64,000 nt of DNA from the NCBI GenBank assembly GCA_963706285.1, contig CAVPLU010000008.1:8435-72434 (forward strand). Reading direction: 5' to 3'. A program made the position numbers and the translations under genes. Positions 19,062-30,010 of the stretch are shown in pieces; position 1 is the stretch's first letter; each line of letters starts with the position of its first letter. A model generated the notes under the pieces. The model was not told the origin of the DNA, searched no databases, and worked only from the letters and a program-made list of their open reading frames with translations. Source of the stretch: Candidatus Bathyarchaeota archaeon (lineage in GTDB: Archaea > Thermoproteota > Bathyarchaeia > 40CM-2-53-6).

Positions 19062-20720
19062 ATGGCGCAAGCAGGCGGGAATATCCCCATACTAATCCTT
19101 AAAGAAGGAACCGGCAGATCAACCGGCAAAGATGCTCAAAGAAATAACATAATGGCGGCTAAGGTCGTCGCAGAAACCGTAGCCTCTTCGCTTGGACCGC
19201 GCGGCATGGACAAGATGCTTGTCAGTGGCATTGGTGATGTCGTCATCACTAACGACGGTGCCACAATAATGAAGGAGCTCGATGTCCAGCACCCGGCTGC
19301 CAAGATGCTTGTCGAGGTTGCAAAGACGCAAGACAACGAGGTCGGCGACGGAACCACCACAGCCGTCATCCTGGCAGGTCAACTTCTATCGAAGGCAGAG
19401 AAACTCCTAGACCTAGACGTTCATCCCACCGTAATCGTGGACGGCTACAAGAAAGCCGCCGATAGAGCCTCAGAGTATCTCAGCAAGATTGCCCTTACAT
19501 TAGATCCCAAGGACGAGCAGCGTTTGCGCCAAGTTGCAGCCACTTCAATGGCAACCAAGGATATCGCCGCTGAGAAGGAGTTCTTCGCGAAGCTCGCTGT
19601 CAAAGCCGTGGAGCAGATCAAGGAAGAGCGAGATGGCAAGGTCAAGGCCGACATCGATCTGATCAAGGTAGTCAAGAAGCACGGTAAGAGCGTTGAAGAG
19701 ACTGAATTGGTCGAAGGAGTCGTAATCGACAAAGAAATCTCTCACAGCCAGATGCCAAAACGGGTTGAGAAGGCCAAGATCGCTCTACTGAACCAGAAGA
19801 TAGAGATCGAGAAAACTGAGTTTGACGCGAAGATCAACATCGAAAACCCAGAGCAGATGCACATGTTCCTCGACGAAGAGGAACGAATGCTCAAGGAAAT
19901 GGTAGAACAGGTCGCAAGCTCAGGCGCCAACGTCATTCTATGCGAGAAAGGCATAGACGATATGGCGCTGCATTTTCTTGCGAAGAAAGGAATTCTGACA
20001 GCCAAGAACTTGAGTAGCGGCGACATGGAGAAGCTCGCGAAAGCGACCGGAGCCAAGATCCTAGCCAGCACAAAGGACATGGCACGTGAGGCGCTCGGTG
20101 AAGCGAAGCTGGTTGAGGAAGTCAAGATCGGAGATGACAAGCTGATCTACGTGAGAGAATGCAAAGACCCTAGAGCAGTCACAATAGTCCTCCGTGGAGG
20201 ATCCGAGCATGTTGTGGACGAAGCTGAGCGGTCCTTGCATGACGGCCTCTGCGTTGTCAGAAATGCAGTAGAAGATGGGAAGATAGTTGCGGGCGGCGGA
20301 GCTTCTGAAGCGGAAGCTGCGAAAGAGCTCAAGAGCTATGCGAAAACTGTCGGCGGAAGAGAACAACTCGGCATCGAAGCCTTTGCAGAAGCGCTTGAAG
20401 CAATCCCTATGGCACTTGCCGCGAACGCGGGTCTTGATCCAATCGATATCATGGTCGACTTGAGAGCGAAGCACGAAAAGTCTGAGAACACGTGGATGGG
20501 CGTCGACGCAGTATCAGGCAAGGTTGAGGACATGCTGAAGCAGAACGTTGTTGAGCCTCTGCGTACGAAGCTGCAGGTCATTCGTTCTGCAACCGAAGCT
20601 GCTTGTATGATCTTGCGAATCGACGATGTCGTGTCTTCGAAAGGATCCGGTCCTATGGGTAAGCCTCCTGGTATGCCAGGTGGTATGCCTGGCGGCATGG
20701 GTGGCGGGGAAGACTACTAG
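19062..20720 (+). CDS. ths: Thermosome subunit (group II chaperonin)
   Basis: LGPRGMDKM and [16 protein letters not shown]-binding motifs, plus a C-terminal [16 protein letters not shown] tail. Confidence 0.95.
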   Translation: MAQAGGNIPILILKEGTGRSTGKDAQRNNIMAAKVVAETVASSLGPRGMDKMLVSGIGDVVITNDGATIMKELDVQHPAAKMLVEVAKTQDNEVGDGTTTAVILAGQLLSKAEKLLDLDVHPTVIVDGYKKAADRASEYLSKIALTLDPKDEQRLRQVAATSMATKDIAAEKEFFAKLAVKAVEQIKEERDGKVKADIDLIKVVKKHGKSVEETELVEGVVIDKEISHSQMPKRVEKAKIALLNQKIEIEKTEFDAKINIENPEQMHMFLDEEERMLKEMVEQVASSGANVILCEKGIDDMALHFLAKKGILTAKNLSSGDMEKLAKATGAKILASTKDMAREALGEAKLVEEVKIGDDKLIYVRECKDPRAVTIVLRGGSEHVVDEAERSLHDGLCVVRNAVEDGKIVAGGGASEAEAAKELKSYAKTVGGREQLGIEAFAEALEAIPMALAANAGLDPIDIMVDLRAKHEKSENTWMGVDAVSGKVEDMLKQNVVEPLRTKLQVIRSATEAACMILRIDDVVSSKGSGPMGKPPGMPGGMPGGMGGGEDY

Positions 20721-20725
20721 ACCAA

Positions 20726-20750
20726 CTCTTCCACCCCTCTTCCTTTTTCT
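20726..20750 (+). terminator. Pyrimidine/T5 tract after the thermosome gene
   Basis: ctcttccacccctcttcctttttct begins 6 nt after the stop codon. Confidence 0.25.
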
Positions 20751-20849
20751 GCGGCACACAAGAACCGTAGGTGCCGGTCCGTCTGAATTAAGCCATATAG
20801 CGAAGCCTATCTTCTAGAACGATGCTCAGACTACCAGGGTGGTCTATCC

Positions 20850-21407
20850 ATGCTGTTTGTCGTCGCGGTGACCGGGGCTAGTGGATCCATCTATGCAAGG
20901 CGACTTCTTGAAGAATTGAAACGTGGCGGACACGAGACGCTTCTTCTGGTGAGCGACGAAGCGAAGAACGTTATGAACCAAGAGAATGAGGATCCGCGGA
21001 GATTCGAGGAGCTGGCAACTCGGTCCTTCTCGGAGCATGATTTGGACTCTCCGACCTCAAGCGGTTCAGTGAAGACTGCCGGAATGATAATTGTGCCGTG
21101 CAGTATGAAGACCGTTTCATCCATTGCCCACGGCTTGTCTGGCAATACGATAACAAGAGCGGCGGATGTGACACTGAAGGAACATAGACCACTAATCATA
21201 GTGCCCAGAGAGACTCCGCTGAGCACAATTCAGCTCAGAAACCTTCTGCAGGTGGCAGAAGCTGGTGCTATCGTTCTTCCAGCAATGCCAGCGTTTTACA
21301 CGAACCCGAAGTCCATTGACGATATGGTGAACTTCATCGTGGGCAGAATCTTGGACCTAGTGAACGTGCCTCACCACCTGTTCCGCCGCTGGGGCGAAAC
21401 TGCCTAA
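20850..21407 (+). CDS. ubiX: Flavin prenyltransferase UbiX
   Basis: 185 aa with VAVTGASGSIYARRLL and IVPCSMKTVSSIAHG, typical of UbiX/Pad1. GGTGG lies upstream. Confidence 0.88.
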   Translation: MLFVVAVTGASGSIYARRLLEELKRGGHETLLLVSDEAKNVMNQENEDPRRFEELATRSFSEHDLDSPTSSGSVKTAGMIIVPCSMKTVSSIAHGLSGNTITRAADVTLKEHRPLIIVPRETPLSTIQLRNLLQVAEAGAIVLPAMPAFYTNPKSIDDMVNFIVGRILDLVNVPHHLFRRWGETA

Positions 21408-21444
21408 TCTAGCACAAGTTCACTTGCACTGGATCAACGGAGTC

Positions 21445-21957
21445 TCAATTCTTGTCTCTGTAGAGCTTGACAAGTCCTACGTACGCTTCGGCAGCGTGTT
21501 TGATGGCCGCTAGGTCTGAATCATTCAGATTCCTCATGACTTTCGCTGGCACGCCAGCCAAGAGAACTCCTGGCGGCATCTTCTCTCCCTCCAAGACTAC
21601 AGATCCCGCTCCAACTATCGAGTCAGGTCCAACCTCGGATCCCTCTAGGAGAGTGGAATTCATGCCCACAATTACATGGTCACGGACGGTCGACCCGTGA
21701 ATGACTGCGTTGTGGCCGACGGTCACGTAGTCGCCGATAATGCATTGACCACTAGCATCCGTGTGAATCGTGCAATTGTCTTGGACGCTGCTCCGCCTTC
21801 CAACTCTTATTCGACCTATATCGCCGCGAAGCACCGCATTCTCCCAGATACTGCTACCTTCGCCAACTTCGACATCTCCTATGAGAATCGCGCTTGGAGA
21901 GACATACGCATCAGAGCTGATCTTTGGCTTAGTTCCGCGAAACTCAATCAACGCCAT
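21445..21957 (-). CDS. Gamma-carbonic-anhydrase-like / hexapeptide-repeat protein
   Basis: Left-handed beta-helix repeats (IGDVEVGEGSSIWENAVLRGD...) with a His pattern as in the Cam/YrdA family. ATG 21957 has GAGGA upstream. Confidence 0.83.
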   Translation of the reverse strand: MALIEFRGTKPKISSDAYVSPSAILIGDVEVGEGSSIWENAVLRGDIGRIRVGRRSSVQDNCTIHTDASGQCIIGDYVTVGHNAVIHGSTVRDHVIVGMNSTLLEGSEVGPDSIVGAGSVVLEGEKMPPGVLLAGVPAKVMRNLNDSDLAAIKHAAEAYVGLVKLYRDKN

Positions 21958-22108
21958 ACTAGCCAATCCTCATGAGATCTGAAGGATGCTATGAGATCTT
22001 CCTGCAATTAACATCTGGTCAGGAGATCTGTCTGGAAGTAGGAGACGTACTCTTATCTATTTCACCTGCGAACGAATCGAACATTATCCCTTGGGTCGTC
22101 TGGGCCGA

Positions 22109-23053
22109 ATGACCAACAACGTGATCCAGACCTCTGGCCTTACGAAGAGCTTTGGTGGTCTGGTCGCAATCGATCACATGGATCTATCGGTCAAGACTGG
22201 TGAGATATTCGGGTTTCTCGGCCCAAACGGAGCAGGTAAGACCACAACGGTGAGGATTCTGTGCGGTCTCATGATGCCGACATCAGGGAGGGCACTGGTC
22301 GTTGGTCATGATGTCGTCAAGGAGCCTGAGGAAGTCAAGCAGCGAATCGGGTACATGCCTCAAGCATACGGGCTCTATGATGATCTAACCGTTGACGAGA
22401 ACTTGGAGTTCTTTGGAAGCGTGTACCGCGTCCCTGAAGACGAAAGACGGAGACGCGCAGTCGAGATCCTCCAACTAGTGCGATTGGAAGGGTTTCGCAA
22501 GCAATTCGCCGGGAAGCTCTCTGGAGGTATGAAGCGCAGATTGTCTCTTGCTGTCTCCTTGATCCACAACCCGGAACTACTCATATTGGACGAGCCCACC
22601 GCGGGAATCGACCCGCCTCTTCGAAGAGCATTCTGGCAGTATTTCAGACAACTCAACAAGCTTGGTGTGACATTCTTCATCAACACGCACTACATGGACG
22701 AAGCGGAACTCTGCGACAGACTCGCTCTAATCAGCTACGGGCACCTCGTGTCGATCGGTACACCGACGGAACTGAAGAGGAAGGCGGTAGGTGGTGAACG
22801 GATTGAGCTTGTCACTGCGGACCTGGCAAGGACCGAAACGATGCTGAAGGATTCGGACTTTGTTCGAGAGATTATCGTCGCGAATGGTGCCGTGCAGGTT
22901 GTCGTCAATGAAGCAGCTTCGGCCATACCTAGACTCACAACCTTGCTTGGGGAACATGGAATCGAAGTTCTACAAGTAAGACAGTTGCAGCCCAGCCTGG
23001 AGGACGTATTCATCAAGCTTGTCGAAGACGCAGGTGAGAGAGAACGGCATTAG
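22109..23053 (+). CDS. ABC transporter ATP-binding protein (ABC-2 type exporter)
   Basis: Walker A GPNGAGKTT, signature LSGGMKRRL, Walker B LLILDEP. Confidence 0.9.
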   Translation: MTNNVIQTSGLTKSFGGLVAIDHMDLSVKTGEIFGFLGPNGAGKTTTVRILCGLMMPTSGRALVVGHDVVKEPEEVKQRIGYMPQAYGLYDDLTVDENLEFFGSVYRVPEDERRRRAVEILQLVRLEGFRKQFAGKLSGGMKRRLSLAVSLIHNPELLILDEPTAGIDPPLRRAFWQYFRQLNKLGVTFFINTHYMDEAELCDRLALISYGHLVSIGTPTELKRKAVGGERIELVTADLARTETMLKDSDFVREIIVANGAVQVVVNEAASAIPRLTTLLGEHGIEVLQVRQLQPSLEDVFIKLVEDAGERERH

Positions 23054-23067
23054 ACAGAATTCTCCTG

Positions 23068-24126
23068 ATGGCGAAGAAGGAAGTAACGCACCTCATCAGG
23101 AACCGTCGCGTCTTTGCCCTTACACTGTTCATGCCACTTCTATTGATGACCATAGTTGGACTTGCCTTTACAGGCGAGGTCAAACACATCACGACAGTGA
23201 TTGTCAACAAGGACGGCGGACCAGCAAGTCAGACGTTCATTGATGCGCTGAAGGTGAGCGAGACACTCCGCGTAAGATACTACGCAGAAGACGAGCCTCA
23301 AGCAGAAGCGCTCGTTCGAGAAGGCTTAGCGAAGGTAGTGATCGTCATTCCATCAACCTTCGAGGATGATATGAAATCATTCAACGGAATCGTGTACGTA
23401 ATGGTGGACGGGTCCGATCCCGTCTCAGCAGGCGCAGTAGCTCCAGTAGTCCAGGGGATAGCACTTGGTTTCACGCCGAAGCTGCGCGTGCAAGTCGAAC
23501 TGTTGGTGTTGTACAATCCGTCGCTCAGATACATAGACTTCATAGCGCCCGCGATCGTTGGAATCTTCCTCCAGATATTTCCAATGATCCTGATTTCCAT
23601 GGCGATCGCTGGAGAACGGGAAAGAGGGACAATAGAACAACTGATCGCGACCCCTGTCAGTGGATTCGAGATACTGATCGGCAAGCTCATGGTCTACATG
23701 GGATTCGGATTTCTCAGCGCAACAACCATGCTCGTTGTCGCTGTCTACGCCTTCAATCTCGTAGTTCGAGGTAGCGTTCTACTGATTGCGCTATTCTTAG
23801 CCGTCTTTCTGACAGCGTCCTTGAGCTTGGGTACGCTTGTTTCTGCGGCCTCAAGAACTCAAATGCAGGCCGTACAAACCATAATGCCGGTGATCTACAT
23901 CATGATATTCCTGTCGGGAACATTCTACCCCATAGAAGCCATGTCACCGCTAGTACAGCCGATATCCTACGTGCTTCCGCTCACGTATATGATTCACGCG
24001 CTCAGATCTATCATAGTAAAAGGGGCTGGCCTAGGGGTCGTGGCAGGAGACTTCATCTTTCTTTCAGTGTACACAATCATTATGCTCGTACTCGCCGTCG
24101 TTGTGTTCCACAAGAAGCTCGAGTAG
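23068..24126 (+). CDS. ABC-2 family permease
   Basis: 352 aa with an N-terminal TM, a large extracytoplasmic loop and then 5 TM segments. It is adjacent to the ATPase gene. Confidence 0.83.
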   Translation: MAKKEVTHLIRNRRVFALTLFMPLLLMTIVGLAFTGEVKHITTVIVNKDGGPASQTFIDALKVSETLRVRYYAEDEPQAEALVREGLAKVVIVIPSTFEDDMKSFNGIVYVMVDGSDPVSAGAVAPVVQGIALGFTPKLRVQVELLVLYNPSLRYIDFIAPAIVGIFLQIFPMILISMAIAGERERGTIEQLIATPVSGFEILIGKLMVYMGFGFLSATTMLVVAVYAFNLVVRGSVLLIALFLAVFLTASLSLGTLVSAASRTQMQAVQTIMPVIYIMIFLSGTFYPIEAMSPLVQPISYVLPLTYMIHALRSIIVKGAGLGVVAGDFIFLSVYTIIMLVLAVVVFHKKLE

Positions 24127-24136
24127 GTGGGGAGAC

Positions 24137-25546
24137 ATGGCCGCTAGGGAAGATCCTCCTAAGCTCTTCGGAACATCCGGCATACGCGGAAACATTCAGA
24201 ACAGAGTGACAGAGAAGTTTGCACTCGATCTGGCGCGAGCAATGAGTACCATGCTCGCGAATGAAGGGCAAGTCGTCGTAGGATCAGACTTCAGGACCAC
24301 TTCAGCCGAGCTTAGGGTAACCGTGCTCGGCGGCCTGTTGGGCGGAGGCATAGACGTGTTTGAAGCGGGACCACTGCCAACGCCAGTCATGGCTTTTGGT
24401 GTCCAGACCTTAGGAGCCAACGCCGGCATGATGGTAACCGCATCCCATAATCCGCCGGAAGACAATGGAGTGAAATGTTACTCGCATGAGGGAAGAGAGT
24501 ACGTTCCCGAGGAAGAGCAAATACTCGAACATCTCATCTCTAAACGAGCGTTTACGGACGTTCCTTGGGATCAAATGGGAACGCCGATAGTAACACCCGA
24601 TCTCATTGAGATGTATTCCCAGCGCGTCTTAGATCGATTGGGATCGTTACGAAGAAAGCTGAAAGTTGTGGTTGACTGTGCAAACGGTACAACTTACAAC
24701 CTTACTCCTCTGATCCTATCGAAGTTGGGCTGCGAAGTTGTTTCGTTGAATGCTCATCCTGACGGTCGTTTTCCCGGAAGGCCAGCCGAGCCAACCCCTG
24801 AACATCTTGCAAGAACATGCCACATCGTGAAGAACCTGAAAGCTGACTTGGGAATAGCTCACGATGGCGACGGTGACCGTCTAGCAGTGATCGACGAGAA
24901 AGGCAAGTACGTCAACAATGACACTGTGCTCGCCTTCTTTGCTCGCCTATTGCTTGCAGAAAAGGGGCCGGGTAGAATCATCACGAGCGTGGACACGTCT
25001 TCACGCATCTACAGAGTCGCTCGCTCATCGGGAGGAACCGTCGAGCGCACGAGGCTAGGAAAAACGCATGCGCTGCTCGATGAGGAGAATCGGGCAGGCA
25101 TCAGGCTGTGCTGTGAACCGTGGAAGATTATTGATCCCGCTTGGGGATTTTGGGGAGATGCAATCTACGCTGCATGCAGACTCGTCCAAGCTCTGGATGA
25201 GAGCAAGGGGGCTGTCAGTCGCCTCTTTCGCGGAATACCCGAGAATCCTCAGGAGAGATTCTTTTTCCGATGTCCAGACGAGTTGAAGGATATTGTCATG
25301 ACTAAGGTCACGGAGGCATTGACAGCATGGAAAGGAGTCGGCGAGGTCTGGACTTTTGATGGCGTGAGAGCCAACTTCAGCGACGACAGCTGGGTACTTG
25401 TCAGAAAGTCCGGGACAGAGGGCAAGATCAGAATCTATTGCGAAGGTCCATCGCTTAAGCGATTGAAGCAGCTTATCCAGGAGTCTTCACGAATTGTCAG
25501 AAATGCGATCAGAAGTGCTCAGAGATCACGCGTGAATCCCACCTAG
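24137..25546 (+). CDS. Phosphohexomutase (phosphoglucosamine/phosphomannomutase family)
   Basis: FGTSGIRG, phosphoserine loop TASHNPPEDNG and metal loop HDGDGDR. ATG 24137 has GGTGGGGA upstream. Confidence 0.86.
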   Translation: MAAREDPPKLFGTSGIRGNIQNRVTEKFALDLARAMSTMLANEGQVVVGSDFRTTSAELRVTVLGGLLGGGIDVFEAGPLPTPVMAFGVQTLGANAGMMVTASHNPPEDNGVKCYSHEGREYVPEEEQILEHLISKRAFTDVPWDQMGTPIVTPDLIEMYSQRVLDRLGSLRRKLKVVVDCANGTTYNLTPLILSKLGCEVVSLNAHPDGRFPGRPAEPTPEHLARTCHIVKNLKADLGIAHDGDGDRLAVIDEKGKYVNNDTVLAFFARLLLAEKGPGRIITSVDTSSRIYRVARSSGGTVERTRLGKTHALLDEENRAGIRLCCEPWKIIDPAWGFWGDAIYAACRLVQALDESKGAVSRLFRGIPENPQERFFFRCPDELKDIVMTKVTEALTAWKGVGEVWTFDGVRANFSDDSWVLVRKSGTEGKIRIYCEGPSLKRLKQLIQESSRIVRNAIRSAQRSRVNPT

Positions 25547-25645
25547 AGCGGACGAGTATCGATGGAAGGCTTTCATAGAAGTAGGGAAAAGTCTGTAGTG
25601 AGATCTATACTAAGATACGAATGAATTGGCAGGAGCGCTACTCGC

Positions 25646-26929
25646 ATGCTTGAGATGAAGTTCATCCGGGAACACGCGGATATCGTGAAGGCAGATCTGA
25701 ATAGACGCGGGGCCGTCGACAAGCTAGCTTGGGTTGACGAACTACTACAACAAGACCAGAGGTGGAGATCGCTGCAGGCTCAAGCGAACGCTTTGAGGCA
25801 GCAGCGGAACAAGCTCACCGAACAGATCGCCAAGCTACGGAAAGAAGGCGGTGACGCGGCGCCGGTTATGCGTGAAGCCGAAGCTATCCCTGACCAAATC
25901 CGAGAATTGGAGCAGGAAACAGGGAACATTCGCGAAAGGATCAGCCAAATTCTGATGCAGCTCCCAAACATCATGCACGAGAGTGTTCCCACAGGAAAAG
26001 ATGACCATGACAATGTCGAGGTTAGAAAATGGGGCACGCCGCCTCGTTTCTCCTTCAAGCCTCTTGATCACATCGATCTCGCCTTCAAGCTCGATCTAAT
26101 CGACCTAGAAAGGGCCGCGAAAGTCGCCGGTGCGAGGTTCTACTATCTTAAGAAGGATCTAGTGAAGCTGAACTATGCTCTGATCAGTTATGCTCTCGAT
26201 TTCTTAGCACGAAAAGGTTACACACTCATACAGCCGCCCTACCTTCTGAGAAGAGAAGTCCTTTCAGGTGCTGTTGCGCTCTCAGACTTTGAGGAAACGA
26301 TCTACAAGATCGAGGGCGAAGACCTCTATCTGCTCGCCACATCTGAACATGCACTGAACGCACTACACTTTGGAGAAATTATCGATGGAAAGACCTTGCC
26401 GGTGAAGTATGGAGGAGTGAGTCCATGCTTCAGAAAAGAGGCAGGAGCCCACGGGCGAGACACGAAAGGGATCTTCCGAGTCCATCAATTCGAGAAAGTG
26501 GAGCAGTTCGTCTTCTGCAAACCTGAAGACTCATGGAATGAACATGAGCAACTCATCTCAAATGCCGAAGAACTCTTCCAAGCCCTGAATCTGCCGTACA
26601 GAATAGTCAATGTCTGCAGCGGAGATCTCGGAACAGTCGCCGCCAAGAAGTACGATCTTGAGGTCTGGCTGCCAGGGCAGGATAGCTACCGAGAAGCAGT
26701 ATCCTGCAGCAACTGCACATCATATCAAGCGGTGAGATCAAATGTCCGTTACAGGGACAAGACAAGCGATCCGACCGAGTACGTGCACACGCTCAACAGC
26801 ACCTTCGTGGCCACCGAACGAACTCTGATAGCGATTATGGAGAACTTTCAACAAAGCGACGGCTCGATAGTGATCCCTGACGTTCTTAGACCCTACATGA
26901 ACGGGCAGGACGCCATTAGAGTGAAGTGA
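25646..26929 (+). CDS. serS: Seryl-tRNA synthetase
   Basis: 427 aa with an N-terminal coiled-coil arm and class II motifs (FRKEAGAHGRDTKGIFRVHQFEKVEQF). Confidence 0.94.
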   Translation: MLEMKFIREHADIVKADLNRRGAVDKLAWVDELLQQDQRWRSLQAQANALRQQRNKLTEQIAKLRKEGGDAAPVMREAEAIPDQIRELEQETGNIRERISQILMQLPNIMHESVPTGKDDHDNVEVRKWGTPPRFSFKPLDHIDLAFKLDLIDLERAAKVAGARFYYLKKDLVKLNYALISYALDFLARKGYTLIQPPYLLRREVLSGAVALSDFEETIYKIEGEDLYLLATSEHALNALHFGEIIDGKTLPVKYGGVSPCFRKEAGAHGRDTKGIFRVHQFEKVEQFVFCKPEDSWNEHEQLISNAEELFQALNLPYRIVNVCSGDLGTVAAKKYDLEVWLPGQDSYREAVSCSNCTSYQAVRSNVRYRDKTSDPTEYVHTLNSTFVATERTLIAIMENFQQSDGSIVIPDVLRPYMNGQDAIRVK

Positions 26930-26971
26930 ATTCTCAGCTCGTTCCGAACGCGAGACTGTATCCATGTGAGG

Positions 26972-29629
26972 TTAGCTGCATGCGCCCCAGCCGCACTCGG
27001 GGCAGATGTAGCATCCTTCTTGGAAGACAACGAATCCGTAGCATTGTGGGCAGTAACTGGGTTTCTCGCCGTTCTGTCCCTTTCCCATAAAGTAGTTCGC
27101 TGAATCCGGGCTGGCTATGGGAGCACCAATCGCCATGACCTGCAGGCGCTGCCTCGTCCCTGTTGCGAAAGTCCGTGTTCCGCTCGGTGGCTTGCTTGTA
27201 TGAGTCGGGTTTTCACTGGTTTGCGTCTTTCCAGGCGTGACGAGCACTTGGCCTTTGATTGAGGTGTCTCTGAACACCGTTACGTCCTTGCATCCGAGCT
27301 TGTAGGCAAGTAGGTAGCTTTCACGCATATCGTCTACGGTAGCGTCGGCTGGGAAGTTGTTCGTTTTCGATATTGAGGAGTCTACCCATTTCTGGAATCC
27401 AGCTAGGGCTCGTATGTGGTCTTCGGGGTTGACGTCCATGGCTGTAACAAAGGCGCGTTTGATGTTGCTTGGAATGTAGTTGATGGATTGGACTGTGCCG
27501 CCTGCTCCGCTGATGTCTCTGATCAGTTCTTCATCGTAGAGTCCTTGTGATGTCATTACTTTCTCGAAGACGGGGTCAACGTAGTAGAAGCTTCCAACCT
27601 TCACGTTCTTTTCGTATACAAGGCTGTATACAGGTTCGATTCCGCTGCTGCATCCTGCAATCATGGAGATGCTTCCAGTTGGAGCGATCACAGTCGTGTA
27701 GCTGTTCCTCAAGCCTGATTTCTTGATCTCTTGCATCACTTTGTCCCAAGGCAGTTTCCATTGGTCCTTTTGCTCGGATCCTTTGAATGGGAGCCTTCCC
27801 TCGGGATAGAAGGTTCTATCGTAGTATGGGAACGGTCCTCTTTCTTTCGCAAGTTGTATTGATGCGAGTTTGGAATGGTAGTTGATGAATTCCATCAGTT
27901 GCTCCATGAACTCGCGAGCGTCTTCACTATTGTATGGCTTCTTCAATTCGTAGAGGAGGTCGGCAAGGCCCATTACGCCGAGGCCTATCTTCCTTGTGTT
28001 CAAGGTCATCTCCTCGATATCCTTCAGAGGGAACCTATTCACGTCAATGACATTGTCAAGGAAGCGAGTTGCCAACTCAACCGTTTGCCTCAGGGCATCC
28101 CAATCAAGTAGAACCTGTCCATCGGATTGTTCCTTGACGAAGGACCAGACGTTGATGCTGCCAAGATTGCACGACTCGTTGGGGTAGAGAAGGACTTCCC
28201 CACATGGGTTAGTCGTGACTATGGGCCCAAGTGATTTCAGGAAAGGATTGTACTTGTTCACGTGGTCATAGAATATTACCCCTGGCTCCGCGCTCTCCCA
28301 GGCTTGGAAGACTATCATGTCGAAGAGTCGCCTTGCGTTCGTCGTTCGCACGACCTCCTTTGTTCGAGGGTTCACTAGAGGGTAGGGTTTGTCTTTCTCA
28401 TAGTACTCCCAGAAGTCTGGCATGATGAGAACGGAGATGTTGAAATTTCTTAACGCGCGGTTTCCTTTCTTTGCAGTGATGAACTTCTCGATATCAGGAT
28501 GATTGCTATTCAGTATGCCCATGTTGGCGCCGCGTCGTATTCCACCCTGCTTGATGACCTCCGTCATCGTATCGAAGAGAGTCATGAAGCTTATCGGGCC
28601 TGAGGCAATCCCTGAAGTAGAGCTGACATAGTCGCCCTCAGGTCTCAATTTCGAGAAGTTGTACCCCATTCCTCCTCCTGCTTTGAAAACTATGGCTGTT
28701 TTCTTGAGAGCATCCATGATGCTCTCAATGGAGTCATCGACGTCAAGCACAAAACAGGCGGATCCCATTCCTAGTACGTTGCCAAAGTTTGCAACTGCTG
28801 GTGTGTTCGGTATGAATCGTTTGGAAACCATCAGATCGTAGAACGCTTTCACTTCGCTCTCATGGCTGCTAAGCTTCCCTTCACGCAGGAACGCGAGGAA
28901 ATTGTCCCATGAAAGCTTCGCACGCCCTTCACTATTGAAGCGATCATACATTCTTTTCAGCGCTTCGAGGTGGAACCTGTTGAGCGTGTACTTACCAATC
29001 GAGAATTTGCTCTCGTTTGCCACAGTGTCGAAATTCTCGACAGGATGCTCGGGGGTCTTCCCAGATCTGTCGAAGACTGCTTCATCATAGAGCAGGCTCG
29101 GAAGGCATGCATGGACTGCAACTCTCTCAAACAGTTGTTTCGGAGTTTCAATGAGTTTGCCATCGGAATCCTTCCTGAGATATCGCGCCTTTAGCACTCG
29201 GAGAGCGTTCAGGTCGAAGCGTTTGTCGACCTCATCGATCTCCTCTTTCTCGAGTATGCGCTGTTTCTCTCTTCTTACCTCTGCTCTCTTCTGTCGGTAG
29301 ATGATGTATGACTTCGCTGTCTTGGCTTGACCGTTGTCAAGCAAGATCTTCTCAACAGTATCTTGGACTTCCTCTACAGTCGGAACAGTGCGTCCGTCGT
29401 ACTTTTCTTCGAGGATCTTGACGACTTGGTCGGACAGGCGTTGAGCTAGGGTCTGGTCCTTTCCAACAGTTTGAGAGATAGCCCTGGCCAAGGCGCATGT
29501 GATCTTGTCCTGGTCGAAGGTTACGAGTCGTCCGTCACGTTTTCGAATCTGTTTTATCGTGCTCAATGGGTGACCGTCCGTGGTTCCTGCTGGGTGGGTG
29601 CTGTCCTCTACCAAGGTCTCTTGCTCCAA
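26972..29629 (-). CDS. nrdJ: Class II (adenosylcobalamin-dependent) ribonucleotide reductase with ATP-cone and C-terminal Zn-ribbon
   Basis: 885 aa with an ATP-cone (IRKRDGRLVTFDQDKI) and the active-site motif TTNPCGEV. The C-terminus is CPQC...CPEC. TTG start. Confidence 0.9.
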   Translation of the reverse strand: MEQETLVEDSTHPAGTTDGHPLSTIKQIRKRDGRLVTFDQDKITCALARAISQTVGKDQTLAQRLSDQVVKILEEKYDGRTVPTVEEVQDTVEKILLDNGQAKTAKSYIIYRQKRAEVRREKQRILEKEEIDEVDKRFDLNALRVLKARYLRKDSDGKLIETPKQLFERVAVHACLPSLLYDEAVFDRSGKTPEHPVENFDTVANESKFSIGKYTLNRFHLEALKRMYDRFNSEGRAKLSWDNFLAFLREGKLSSHESEVKAFYDLMVSKRFIPNTPAVANFGNVLGMGSACFVLDVDDSIESIMDALKKTAIVFKAGGGMGYNFSKLRPEGDYVSSTSGIASGPISFMTLFDTMTEVIKQGGIRRGANMGILNSNHPDIEKFITAKKGNRALRNFNISVLIMPDFWEYYEKDKPYPLVNPRTKEVVRTTNARRLFDMIVFQAWESAEPGVIFYDHVNKYNPFLKSLGPIVTTNPCGEVLLYPNESCNLGSINVWSFVKEQSDGQVLLDWDALRQTVELATRFLDNVIDVNRFPLKDIEEMTLNTRKIGLGVMGLADLLYELKKPYNSEDAREFMEQLMEFINYHSKLASIQLAKERGPFPYYDRTFYPEGRLPFKGSEQKDQWKLPWDKVMQEIKKSGLRNSYTTVIAPTGSISMIAGCSSGIEPVYSLVYEKNVKVGSFYYVDPVFEKVMTSQGLYDEELIRDISGAGGTVQSINYIPSNIKRAFVTAMDVNPEDHIRALAGFQKWVDSSISKTNNFPADATVDDMRESYLLAYKLGCKDVTVFRDTSIKGQVLVTPGKTQTSENPTHTSKPPSGTRTFATGTRQRLQVMAIGAPIASPDSANYFMGKGQNGEKPSYCPQCYGFVVFQEGCYICPECGWGACS

Positions 29630-30010
29630 AAGTGTGAAGCAAGTGTACCGGCGCTTCGTACGACTTTAATAGTTTTCGACAAATGTGTATATAATCCTGT
29701 ACTAGAGGTTGGCAGATCATATTTACCCACGTCAACGGGCGCACCACTCAGTCCAATGCAGCGTCGGCCGACAACGTTGGCTTCCATCATAGTCTTCTGA
29801 AAAGTCTTTTATGACAGATGCGACGGCCCCCGGCGAGCATCTTAACGAAGACATATTTGCTGAAATGCTCTATACGGCGACCTGATTCTATTCTCGTATT
29901 TTTCCCAACAGAGATCGAAGAAAAGGACTCGCAATGTGTGTCTGTGCGCAGTCCACCTTGCTTCGTTGAGGCAACCTCAATCGAGTCACGTCTGCCAGCG
30001 AGAAAGAGCT

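Noticed and set aside
29630-30010. ORF 29818-30102, and a GC hairpin TTGAGG-TTG-CCTCAA (sense of the - strand, about 29965-29984), in the nrdJ/JAMM spacer.
   Set aside because: The ORF runs into the JAMM gene on the opposite strand and has no homology. The hairpin alone is weak evidence for an archaeal terminator.
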